Position numbers and translations under genes: made by a program
Assembly (NCBI GenBank): GCA_000002445.1
Contig: CH464491.1
Coordinates: 864,001-928,000 of the forward strand
Reading direction: 5' to 3'
Origin: Trypanosoma brucei
Taxonomy: Eukaryota
DNA length: 64,000 nt
Shown: piece by piece, positions 35,201-46,000 of the stretch
How positions within the stretch are numbered: the stretch's first letter is position 1
Layout of the letters: each line of letters opens with the position of its first letter
The notes under the pieces: generated by a model
What the model was told of the DNA's origin: nothing
The model's input: only the letters and a program-made list of their open reading frames with translations
The model's database searches: none

Positions 35201-35673
35201 GCGTAGGGCTCGCACTTTTACCCCTCAGAAGGCAGGCAATAGACATATATAACCGCGAATGCTCGTGCTCCAAACGCCTGAAACGTCGTGGGCTCACAAT
35301 TAAGACCCCTTTCGGCAGGCCGAGCCCGACCTTGGTAGGTACCACAGCACTCCGTATTGGGGAATGTGGCCACGAAGCCTCCCGAAGACATCACGCTAAC
35401 CGTCTCTTTTCCCTCTACCATGCAGAAAACGCACACGCCAAAAGGGTGGTTCCGCCCCCCTCCACATGGTGGCACAATGGAACATGCCAAATTGTTAAGT
35501 GTTTACCTTTTTTTTTTATCGGCCGCAGGAGGAGAGCAATAAGGCGAGATTGTTGTGTCCACGTCGGCCGCTCTGGCGTTGGTCGCACTGGACTTGCCCT
35601 CGATGTGTGGCGAGACGTTCACTAACGGCTGCAGTGGCCCGGCCGTTGTTTCCACAGCTCCAGCATAGATGCC

Positions 35674-35690
35674 GGGGGGGGGGGGGGGGA
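35674..35690. repeat. G17 homopolymer inside a GC-rich (roughly 60% or more GC) 800-bp block of the strand-switch region
   Basis: gccgggggggggggggggggaatgg. ORFs in the surrounding 35.5-36.3 kb region are Arg/Cys/Trp/Gly-rich, which indicates non-coding GC-rich DNA. Confidence 0.9.
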
Positions 35691-38600
35691 ATGGATGCTG
35701 AGCCGATAGGCACACCGACTCACGTGGGTGTGGCGATGTTACCCTTCCGCGGCAGTCAGAGGTGCAGCACCGTAGCTCAACAGTCTGGGCTGCCCGTGCG
35801 AGGTGGGGGAAATGTACGGCCCTGCTTTGCGCTAAGCGTATTCAAGCTGCCTGTTTCCCAAGATGGGGCGTGGTGACATTGCTCCCGCAGCTTGCGTCGC
35901 TTGCCTCGGTTGGTGCAATGCGTAGATGCCGTGGGTGGCCGAGGCCTGGTTTATTTTACTTTATTTCCCGCCCGTGGCCAGGGGATTTGTGGGTAGCGCG
36001 TCCTGGTTGCGGCTTTTTCGTGTGCTGGATGGGGTGGTGTGTAACACGCTCCGTCTGTTCTGGCGTCCTGCTGAATGTTTCAGACGGAGGTCATCCGCTA
36101 GCTCGTATATTATAGTATGGCACGTTAAGGGATCGGTTCTTCCGCGGTGATCCTGCTTAAGGGGTCGTCTGGCAATCCATAGCTGCTTGGCGCTATCTGC
36201 AGATGGGCCGAGAAGTTGAGGAGCTGTCCAAGCTGAATGCATACCAGTGTCATATTCCACCGTAGCGAGGGGAGCCTATACTGTTGTCAATGTTGGGGGA
36301 GAAAGCAGGCATTTTCTCCCGATCTCATTTGGTTGATGTAGGTCCTGGAGTTTTTATATATGTTGGATATTGGGTGCGCTCGGCGTTGGAACCAAGGCAA
36401 CTGTTTAGTATCATTCGCTAAAGTGCTAAGGGTCTTCCAGGTGAAGGGGAAACGCACAAATCACCCTCGAGAGGGCTGAATATATTTAGTGTTAACCAGG
36501 TAGAACAATCTATTCAACGGAGGCGATGACACTCATAGCAAAAAAAAAAAAAGAGATATCTGTCCACTCCTTTTGTTTTGCATGCGGGGACGACTGGATA
36601 ATGATTCACTTTTTTTCTCCCCCCCCCCAGGGGCAGTGGGTTAATGCCTTATCATGCGGACCGCGTAAGACACCGGTGCTATTCAGGGACCGATTGAATT
36701 GTCGATGAATAGCCATTTTGTAGGTTAACACTTCGTTATTTTGCTGTGATTCATTTAAACCGCACGGAGCTTGAAGATTCTAGTGGCAGTGTCCGGAGCG
36801 GAACCGTGTGGGGAGGATGGGGGGAGACTTTTTTAAAAAAATTAAAGCAACTCTGTATTTCTGTGTGGAGGAACAGTCAGTGTGCCTGGTGGAGCAACAA
36901 GGTGCCAGCAGAATAACTCTGTTTCACTTGGAAAGTTTTTTTTTTTTGCTGTGAAGGACACGATGTAGAGTCTTACAGAATTACCCTGTTTCACAGGGTG
37001 GTAGGAGATGTAAATGAAATGAATGATGCACACTATGCATTTGGTATCTTTGAATGTGAATTTCGTAGTCCCCAAAGTTTATAGGTTTGTTTCGCAGCGT
37101 CATTACATCAGTTATACCACCGTTGTGCACGAAGCACGACAGTGTCGGTGGAAATGAACAGAAGAATTAAACGGATGAATGCATGACGTAATATCAAATT
37201 GAAGCGTGACGGCCGCTAGGAGGACAATTAAGGGGGTTATTAGGAAACACTATGATGTAGTAGAAGCGTGTGACAAACCTTGTTGCCCAAGCACCGGGAT
37301 GCCGGCGACCCCATTCCTGACATCAGCAACACACTTGTTAAAAATATGTGCTAGCGCTGGGGGACTGTAGCTCATGTGAGCTTTGGAAGCGGCACCCAGA
37401 AGACGATATGCAGTCCGTTTAAATGCAACTTCTCAGTCATTTGATACAAACATAGGAGTTTCTCAGGGATGCCGGCGGTAGTTCTAAGCGAGATTTTGTT
37501 TACGGTGGCTTGTAATAGTGCTGCCACATGCTGAAATAGGGAAGTTTATGCCTTTTACCTAAGTGTTTGGAGCTACCGAATTTTTTTTGATGGCGTGGGA
37601 TTTGGATTAATTCATGTGCTGTAGTTTCTCCTTTCCTCACTTTGCAGTGGGCAGCTGGGTAGGTACCGAGTGAATATTATATAAAAGTGCTGCATATTGA
37701 TATATCCGGGAGACAAGACACACTACAGATGGTTCTGTATTCATCAATGATGGAAACCCTGTTGTAGGTGGCAGAGGAAGTCTTTATTTTGTTTCCCTTT
37801 AAATCTGTGCTGTTGATTACTTTCTGCGTCGTGCACCGTTACAGTTGTTTTAAAATTTAACTCTTCGTGATGATATCTTTCTTTATATCTGGTTTCGTTT
37901 GTTATTACAGCTCTGCACGTGTTTACTAAAAATCGCATTCTTTCTCGTAACGAGAATATATTTGCTAATTTAAGTTTAGTCCTCTGCTTTTTTTTTTGCG
38001 TTACGACAAAGGGGGTTCATATTAAATGTAGAGGAATAATGTTTTTCTGATTGCAGCAATATCTTTCCCTTTCTCCTTTCTTCTATTAGGGAGCCTCCGA
38101 TGCTCGTTGTGGGGGCTTGTGGTTTATTACTCTTCTTGTTTTTATCCGTCGCTGCACGTAACGGAAGTTTCTGTTGGGTTGTGTTGATGCTACGGTGGTC
38201 TCCCGAGGGAATATGGGACAATATGCGTCACAAGTTATCGGGTTATCACAACAGCTTCTGTGTTCTTTTTTAAAAATCTTGCTTACCGCTACACGAGCAT
38301 TGGACTACTTACGCGTTCTGTCTCACGTTTATGATTCTATATGCCTTTTTTTTGTTTTTGAAATGTGAAGCGGGGGTGCGGTATTTTTGCTTTAGGCGAG
38401 TGCTACGGCTCTCGTTGGTGAGAATTGCTCATACTGTGCTTGATTTTATAGGTACTTACATTTGCTTTAAGATACCATTTTTACTATTTATATGTTTTGG
38501 CTCAACCGTTGATCGAGATGGTTGTTTCCCTGTCCTTCTTGGGAGTCCGCGTTAAACGAGTGTCGGTGATGAATGTTCTGTAGCTCTGCTTTCCGTGAAG

Positions 38601-40151
38601 AGGTAATTCCGCGAAGTGACTCCCAACCATTTTTGGATTGACAGTTGCTGTGTGCATTAAATGTTCATGTATTCCTCGTAGTTTTGCCATTCTTGAACGT
38701 GGTCCCGTGCACGCGGTTGCGGCGCAGCATCCTCTGTATGACGTTGTAAAGATGTATCCCATTTACGCGCCAGTAAGAAACACAGGTGAGAAAGGATATG
38801 AGCTCACTTTGTTTGCTGGTGTGAATGTGACTCACATTGTGGTTATTCTTACTGCTCTGTGTTAATCTGGAATAATTATGAGATGATATCCTTCACGCTG
38901 CGTGTACCTGCAAAGGAGTTATTATTTCATTGTTGTCGCCTGAAACTTTTATTGACCGATTTCGTTGCAGCGCTCTTCATTTAAAGAGAAATTTTATTCA
39001 CCTTTGCGTCAATTTATGCTTCTTTAAGTGTCGGTGCTTTTGTTCATGCCCTGCTTGCCCTGATCCAGTGTGTAACTTATATCAATGGCGAGGAGTGGGT
39101 TGTGGATTTTTTTGTATTCTAGTGATGCGCACTCCTATTGTTTGAACTGTCTAAGTTTACTGACAACACGTGCACACACATATGGGATACATTTAACATG
39201 TCACAAATTTCTTTTCAGCGTATATTCTTCACGTAACGTCGTCCCACGGGATGTCTCCACATATCCTTTTTGCGGTGGCAGGGTTTACTCCGACTTCTTA
39301 TTGTTTTACACCCCGAGCTGCAACGACTTTTTGTTTACTTTCATTGGTGTGCGGTGTGGGTCTCGACGGGACATTTCCCTTCCGTACCCCCTTTTTTTTG
39401 GGGGGGGGGTGTATTTGAACCCGACCTCAAATTTTGTTGGCGACCAAAGTAGAGTGCAACGAGAAACTATTTTTTCCTACTCATTTGCTAATATATGCTA
39501 TGACCAGGAGTGTAGAAGTTCAAATTTCACGAGGTAGATTTTTGTCATTTATTCCTTTTTTTTCTTTTTAGATGGGGTCACATGTGGTGATTGCAAATCA
39601 TTTACCTCGTTTCATACTCATCTACCGGACGGGGACCGTCACGGAACTTGTGATAGTGAACTGTTGTGGAGGGGGCGCTGTTTATTGGGCTAGATCGTTC
39701 TTACTTTTTTTTTTAAATATTTTGTTGTATTATTTACGCCCATTCATCCTAAATATAGGAGTGGCGTGCATCTTCATCAGATTGGAGGACCCAATTGAAG
39801 TAGTGCTAATAATGGTTCGATGCGCAGACATTTCGAGCATAGGTATTTGGAACATTTTATGTAACTTTTGAAGTTGAATGTACTGTCTACAGCAGTAAAC
39901 AGCTCAGGGATTGGATCACTGGTTGCTTCATGGTTGTAGAAAGTACTCTTATTCTTTGTTTTAAAAAAAGTAATGTGCACTCAACTGTTTAAGTTGCAGT
40001 GAGTGGCAATTGAGGCCATATCCGAATACTGAAATATCATTTGTTACCTTTCCCCCACTCCTAAAAAGTAGGCTAATCTGGTTGTTTATTAATACCGTCC
40101 TTCGAACCTTTTTTTAATGCTTATTACTGGTGTGAATATTGTCTGAATTGG

Positions 40152-40172
40152 TATATATATATATATATATAT
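40152..40172. repeat. (TA)10 microsatellite about 175 nt upstream of the eL42 gene
   Basis: tatatatatatatatatatat. Confidence 0.9.
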
Positions 40173-40345
40173 GTTGATTTAGAATTTCATCGTGTTTATT
40201 ATAACCAGAGATGGTGACATCACCTTCTCTATTTCCCTCTTGTCACTGCCCACACTGTTTAATTCCTAAGTTTTTTGAGAAACATTCTATTAACATTGTG
40301 TTTTGACCTTAATTTCTACTTCTGTACTAGCTCCGACAGCCCAGG

Positions 40346-40666
40346 ATGGTCAACTACCCGAAGAAAAAGAAGATGCACTGCCCTGATGAGCGGTGCAACG
40401 CTCACAAGAGCTTCAAGGTTGTGCAGTACAAGGCTGGCAAGGCGCGCCTGTACGCCCGAGGTAAGCGTCGCTACGACCGCAAGCAGTCTGGTTATGGTGG
40501 TCAGACAAAGCCCATCTTTCACAAAAAGGCGAAGACGACCAAGAAGATTGTTCTGAAGCTTCAGTGTTCTAACTGCAAATCGATTATCCAGAACGTGCTG
40601 AAGCGCACGAAGCACTTCGAGCTGAACGACAAAAAGAAGACTGGCAACAAGGACCCCACTTGGTAG
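40346..40666 (+). CDS. RPL44: 60S ribosomal protein eL42 (L44/L36a), 106 aa
   Basis: ATG at 40346. [77 protein letters not shown]... is near-identical across its length to eukaryotic eL42, including the [19 protein letters not shown] core and zinc-binding cysteines. Confidence 0.97.
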   Translation: MVNYPKKKKMHCPDERCNAHKSFKVVQYKAGKARLYARGKRRYDRKQSGYGGQTKPIFHKKAKTTKKIVLKLQCSNCKSIIQNVLKRTKHFELNDKKKTGNKDPTW

Positions 40667-40970
40667 GTTGTGCGGCGAGACTGATGACATCCGGTTTGAG
40701 CAGTATGAACTTTCTTTTTTTCTTTTCATCTTCTGTGTTCTAACTGTGTAATTACGATGGTGTATGAGCGCGCCGAGTTGGCAGGGTGTGCGCAATCTCT
40801 ACTTTTCATTGCGTACAAGCATCATTATACCTCCTTTTAACAAAAATATCTTTATTTTACATACTTCTATTGCCATTTACTTTGGTGAAACTGAACTGTG
40901 ACAAAACGCTATGAAGAATAACCAAGCACAATTAATTGTAAAAGCAGCGAGATTGGATTAAGGGGGAAAG

Positions 40971-42605
40971 ATGATGGCATCTAACCTAGCATACATAAAT
41001 CCCGGAGGGAAACAAGCCCGGAAGGCTAGTGCACTCGAGATAAATATGGTTGCCTCCCGTGGATTACAGGAAGTGCTCAAGACGAACTTGGGCCCCAGAG
41101 GCACAATGAAGATGCTCGTTTCAGGTGCTGGGCTTATTAAAATTACTAAGGATGGAATCACTCTTCTAGGTGAAATGCAGATTCAACACCCAACTGCTGT
41201 TTTCATAGCTCGCGCCGCCACTGCCGTCGATGACATCACTGGTGATGGGACGACGAGCGCAGTCCTTGTGATTGGTGAAATGATGCGGCAGTGTGAGAGG
41301 TACATCCAAGATGGTCTTCATCCTCGTATCCTGACGGAGGGCTTTCGACTTGCCCGCAACGAAGCAGTTAAATATTTGGAGGAAAGCGTCGTTGAGATCC
41401 CCGTTGCCACTCGTCGAGAATACCTCACAAATGTCGCTCACACTGCCCTCTCAACGAAGGTTAACGCACACATGTCGGTTCAACTGGCGGAGGCTGTGGT
41501 TGACTCTGTGCTCGCTGTTGTCCCCGAAGATGGAAGAGAAATTGATCTACATATGGTTGAGGTCATGCACATGAAGCATCGCCTGAGCTCGGATACTCGT
41601 TTTGTGAACGGGATTGTTTTGGACCACGGTGGTCGTAATGACAACATGCCAAAGTACCTGGAGAATGCCTACATTCTGGTCTGTAACGTTTCTCTTGAGT
41701 ACGAGCGAAGCGAACTGAACACCGGTTTTTACTTCAAGGATGCGGCGGAGAAAGCGCGTATGGTTACCGCGGAGCGGAAGGTAACAGATGACCGCGTTAG
41801 GGACATCATTGCTCTAAAGAAACAGGTTTGCACGAAGGAAAATCAGCGCAGCTTCGTTGTAATCAATCAGAAGGGAATTGACCCGATTGCACTGGAGATG
41901 CTGTCCAAGGAGGGGATTTTGGCTCTACGGCGTGCCAAGCGTCGTAATATGGAACGCCTTATTCTGGCCTGCGGGGGTGAGGCCGTAAACACAACCGAGA
42001 ACCTCACAGTGGATGTCCTTGGTGAGGCTGGACGTGTACAAGAGTACACATTGGGTGACGACAAGTACACCTTCGTGGAGGATGCGCGTAAGGGTCGGAG
42101 CTGCACATTGCTTGTCAAGGGACCCAATGATCACACTATTGCCCAACTCAAGGATGCCATTCGTGATGGTCTTCGTGCAGTCAAGAACGCTTACGAGAGG
42201 GGTGGCGTTCTCGCAGGCGCCGGCTCGTTTGAGGTGGCTCTTCACGACCATCTGACCCGTTATGCTGACACCGTGTCAGGTAAACAAAAAATTGGTGTTC
42301 GAGCGTACGCCGATGCCATCCTTGTCATACCGAAAACCTTGGCGGAGAACTCCGGCCTTGATGTTCAGCAGTGCCTTATTTCCCTGCAGGAGGCCAGCCG
42401 ACGAGCACGCCAGGAAGGGCGCTGGGTGGGCCTTCGACTCGACACGGGAAGCACCGTTGACCCGCTAGCGGCTGGGATCCTGGATAACGTCCTTGTGAAA
42501 CGAAGTATTCTAGAGACGACTGGAGAGATTGTCGCCCAGCTACTACTGGTAGATGAAATTATGAAGGCTGGGCGCCGCGGAGCCGGTGCCCCCCCGTCGC
42601 AGTAA
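40971..42605 (+). CDS. CCT6: T-complex protein 1 subunit zeta (CCT6) chaperonin, 544 aa
   Basis: ATG at 40971. NLGPRGTMKMLVSGAG, QIQHPTA, ITGDGTTS, HPRILTEGF, VLDHGGRN, AYILVCNVSLEYE, VVINQKGIDP, ALRRAKRRNMERL, VKNAYERGGVLAGAG collinear with human CCT6A. GDGTTS ATP-binding motif of group II chaperonins. Confidence 0.95.
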   Translation: MMASNLAYINPGGKQARKASALEINMVASRGLQEVLKTNLGPRGTMKMLVSGAGLIKITKDGITLLGEMQIQHPTAVFIARAATAVDDITGDGTTSAVLVIGEMMRQCERYIQDGLHPRILTEGFRLARNEAVKYLEESVVEIPVATRREYLTNVAHTALSTKVNAHMSVQLAEAVVDSVLAVVPEDGREIDLHMVEVMHMKHRLSSDTRFVNGIVLDHGGRNDNMPKYLENAYILVCNVSLEYERSELNTGFYFKDAAEKARMVTAERKVTDDRVRDIIALKKQVCTKENQRSFVVINQKGIDPIALEMLSKEGILALRRAKRRNMERLILACGGEAVNTTENLTVDVLGEAGRVQEYTLGDDKYTFVEDARKGRSCTLLVKGPNDHTIAQLKDAIRDGLRAVKNAYERGGVLAGAGSFEVALHDHLTRYADTVSGKQKIGVRAYADAILVIPKTLAENSGLDVQQCLISLQEASRRARQEGRWVGLRLDTGSTVDPLAAGILDNVLVKRSILETTGEIVAQLLLVDEIMKAGRRGAGAPPSQ

Positions 42606-42904
42606 AACAGTCGATCTATATTAAATTACCAGAAAAGAAAACAACACTGAGGAAAACAGCCTTTCAGCTTAATAGACAAAAGAAATGAAAAAGAAAATTA
42701 AGGCATAATTTTTTTAAAAGTGTGATTAACGCATAGGGGAAAATGAAAGTACTTTCGGCATAAGTTGGTTCGTGTTTCCCTGTGTGGATGGAGAGAGGCA
42801 TCTTCACTTTTGTGTTTTTGCGTGTTTGTTTGTCCATGCGTCAAATGTGTGTTCAACAGTTGGGGTAACTGGGTTGAATCTGCAATTTTTTTGCGTTACC
42901 GTTT

Positions 42905-42938
42905 CGACGCTTCGCTTTGTCTTCTTGCGTGTCCGTAG
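42905..42938 (+). promoter_or_regulatory. Polypyrimidine tract plus AG: candidate trans-splice acceptor for the dynein heavy chain mRNA
   Basis: ttcgctttgtcttcttgcgtgtccgtag immediately upstream of the 69-nt in-frame leader before ATG 43008. Confidence 0.45.
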
Positions 42939-43007
42939 GTGGAACGATTAAGCAACGAGAAGAGGAGTTACGTAAATCAAACAAGCAAACTAAGGAAAGG
43001 AACCCCG

Positions 43008-46000
43008 ATGGCGAAGGGCGACAAGGAAGAGGCACCCGTCGATAGGCGTGTTCAGTGGCTTGAGCAGCGCATCATTACCGGGTTAAAGGCCAAACCGGTA
43101 GAGACGCGTAAGCTCATTGACAATGAGGAGAGCCGTGGGCAGATTACTGAGTTTCTTGACACAACGGATGCTCAGCACCTGTATGTATACCAGCAGTCTG
43201 GTGGGCTGCTTGTTGCTCGCATAGACGCACCGGAGGAACTTAAGAAAAAGGGCATGTATTTCTCCAAGAAGAAGCGTGAGAGAATTAGTGACGAGCAACA
43301 CATGAGGGGATGTATTGTCTTTGGTGATCTGTGTCCCGACGCACTTAACGGTCTCAATTCGGTGACGCGGAACGTTTACGCGGAACTCATTAAGAAAGAG
43401 AAGCGGAATGTAAGTCAGATACCTGATGTTGCTGTTGCGGAGCTTATGGAGGACACTAACAAGCTCTTGGCGCATATGTTAGTGACACTTGGGCTTAGTC
43501 AAGGAAAAACTCTCCTTCCCTTGCCTCCCGTACAACTACCGTCGAGGGTTGGCGATGGCCCCTTTGATTCAGAGTTCATTTATCAGCTAGAGAGCTCCAT
43601 CATTGCTTGGACAACGCAAATCCGTGCGGCGATAGATTCATCCCCAGAAGATATGATTGACTGTGGCTCTGAAAAAGGGATACATCCCGGACCACTCAAC
43701 GAGATAGCCTTTTGGAAAGGTAAAGTGGATAATTTGGCCAACTTGGAACAGCAGTTGTACTCTGTGAAGGCGCTGAAGATTTTAGTAATCCTGAAAAAGT
43801 CTCAGAATGGTTACTACCAACCATTTTCTCAGCTCATGAGCGAGCTTAAAGAGGCATCTATCGAGGCACGGGACAATTACCGCTTTCTCAAACCAATCGA
43901 AGACGAATTCGCCGCCATGTGCCCCACCTCTCCGGGTCATTTGGAGTTTACCCAACTAGCGTCGAGCGGAACCTTCCAGAGGCTTTTCCACTATCTGTTT
44001 CTTTTGTGGACTCAGTCGGGATTCTACAACACATCGACGAGGTTGGTCGTATTGCTTCGTCAAATGTGCAACGATCTCATTTCTATGGCAATTGAGTATG
44101 TGAACGTTGAGGAGTTTGCAAAAGGCTTTGAGAAAAAAGATGCCATTGCACGACTTGCAGAAACTCTCTCTATTTGTGGCCAGTTCAAGGCAACATATTT
44201 CCACTACAAGTCCCATGTAGCAACAGTGGCGAAACCTTGGAACTTCCAAAATTCTGCCTTCTTCTCGCGACTTGATGTTTTTCTGGAACGGTGCCATGAT
44301 CTTATGGACATTATGGAGACGGCTGTTCTATTTGACAAGATGGAGAATATCAAGGTTGGTGGTACGAAGAGCGTACTGCACACCAGGGAAGCAGAAGAAA
44401 TTAAGGCCGAATTTGATACTGCCTATTTCAAATTCTATGGTGTCGAGTACAACTTGCTGGTTCCTGACGAGACGCGATTTGAGGCCGATTACTGCGAAAT
44501 TCGGGACACAATTCGTGAACTCGAACGGAGACTCGGCACGATCCTCGTAACCACTGTTGACGACGCCAAAGCTATCTCAGAGGTATTCAAGGCGGTTGAC
44601 ACGTTTGACGGATTTACTGATCGCACTGTTGTTCAGATGGAGTGGTCAAAGAAGCAAAAGGTTGTCTTAGAGAGTTTCTACCAGGATCTTATCGAGGCCC
44701 AGGAGACATTTTATCAGGGTGACTCGTCCGCAGCTTATCCCAACATACCACCACTTGCAGCGGCCGTAGTCAGATGCAGTGCCCTGTTGGACCGAATCAA
44801 CGAATCTTACTCTCGTGTCAGCGAACTTTCCAGTGCTGTTCTTGAAAGCGAGGCTGGTAAGGAAACTATGGACCTGTACGAGACGCTGAAAGATACCCTG
44901 AAAGAGGCTATCCGCAAGAAATATGAGTCGTGGTGTGGTGACGTTGGGCATATCAGTATGGAAAAGCTTAAGTTACCGCTGTTGGAGGTGGACGAAAGCA
45001 ATAAACTAAAGGTCAACTTTGATGATGCGCTTGTGAAGACACTGAGAGAGGTGTACTATTTGGAGGTGATGAATTCTTTTGATGCTCGTGATCGGCAGAA
45101 GCTTGAGGTCCCCCCTGAAGTTCAATCCGTTTTTGAGAGGCGTGAGAAGTACCGCTCTCAGACTATAATGCTCGAGCACGTTAGCACGACTTACAACGGC
45201 TTTATGAGTTCTCTGCGTCACGAAGACGAGAGACCGCTTATCCAAGCCGAGTTAACTGCCTTTGAGAGTGTAATTCAACGGGGAACGACGGAAGTGCGGT
45301 GGCAGGATGGGGACGAAGTTGACGCATTCATTGACCTCGTTCTGAAGAAGGTGGATGCAATCAGCCGTGTCGTTACATCTTTCCATTCCAATGTTCAGCA
45401 GATGGTAGAGTCGTTGGAAGAATATCGCAGGACCGATAAGCTTTTGCCCATGAATCGCGCGGATGGGGCGAAGACAATGTCTGAGCATGAACTGAGGAAA
45501 ACCTTTGAAGAACACTTCAAGAAGAGACATCGCGATATCGCTGAGAGAGGGGAGTGCATTCATGCACTGCTAAATGAGAGCTTTGAAGCAGTCAACGAGC
45601 TCAAACGGAGTGAGGGCTCGCCTCTGGTTTCCCGTGATTCTGAGGATTGGCAGAAGTATGTGTCATATGTGGATGGCGTCGTGACAAAGGCAATAAATGA
45701 ATCGGTCATCCACTCTCTGACGTGTGTGCGGGATCAGCTCGACCCCGAGTGGATATCAGAGAATGAAGGTACTCCGTTGGTGGACGTACGGCTGATTATT
45801 ACAAAGGGGGGGCCAAATGTAACTGTGTGCTCACGATACGAGCCACACATCGATTGCGAAGGATCCAGTGAACACTCTATTCGAAGCATAGTGAATAGCT
45901 TCATAGCAAACGTCGGGGCGGGAGCTGGGCTCATTAAACCGTTGGTTGACGGCCGCAGCTATTCCGAAGAGGCAGACAATAATGAGGATGTCCAACGTCT

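Larger units (their letters stand above)
31798..40345. promoter_or_regulatory. Divergent strand-switch region between the minus-strand and plus-strand polycistronic units. Presumed bidirectional RNA Pol II transcription start zone
   Basis: All supported genes left of 31.8 kb are on the minus strand and all genes right of 40.3 kb are on the plus strand. 8.5 kb in between has no credible ORF. GT-rich skew on the plus strand at about 37.8-39.5 kb and CA-rich on the plus strand (GT-rich on minus) at about 32.4-32.7 kb. Long G-runs (32217-32230, 35674-35690, 39400-39409). Confidence 0.55.

Noticed and set aside
35499-36150. ORFs of 74-125 aa inside the GC-rich island of the strand-switch region
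   Set aside because: Translations are dominated by Arg, Cys, Trp, Gly and Pro, as expected from GC-rich non-coding DNA. They overlap in several frames and have no motifs.
37294-37478. Exact 12-bp repeat gggatgccggcg at about 37294 and about 37467
   Set aside because: A shared 12-mer is expected by chance many times in 64 kb (about 2e9 pairs times 4^-12). The flanks do not extend the similarity.
37866-38640. C-box-like motifs (GTGATGAT at about 37866, GGTGATGAAT at about 38566) and an Sm-site-like cATTTTTGGa at about 38629 that might indicate snoRNA/snRNA genes in the SSR
   Set aside because: No matching D box (CTGA) at the expected distance. No terminal stem. No guide complementarity could be evaluated. 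Such motifs are expected by chance in 8 kb of AT/GT-rich DNA.
31798-40345. tRNA genes (often found at trypanosome strand-switch regions)
   Set aside because: I scanned for GGTTCGAAT/GGTTCGATT/GTTCAAAT T-loop cores and TAGCTCAGTGG/TGGTAGAGC D-arm cores on both strands. No candidate with a consistent cloverleaf was found. A near hit at about 39815 (ggttcgatgcg) lacks a complementary T-stem.
42939-43007. N-terminal extensions in the ORF track that begin with a non-ATG codon (dynein 42939 GTG, polymerase 58295 TTG, ABC 9109 TTG, HAD-like 15033 TTG, membrane protein 17591 GTG, DCAF1-like 23035 TTG, metacaspase 31797 GTG)
   Set aside because: The first codon on the genome is GTG or TTG, not ATG. 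The extensions encode pyrimidine-tract-like text. Trypanosomatid mRNAs start at the first AUG after the SL acceptor, so CDS coordinates were trimmed to the first in-frame ATG.
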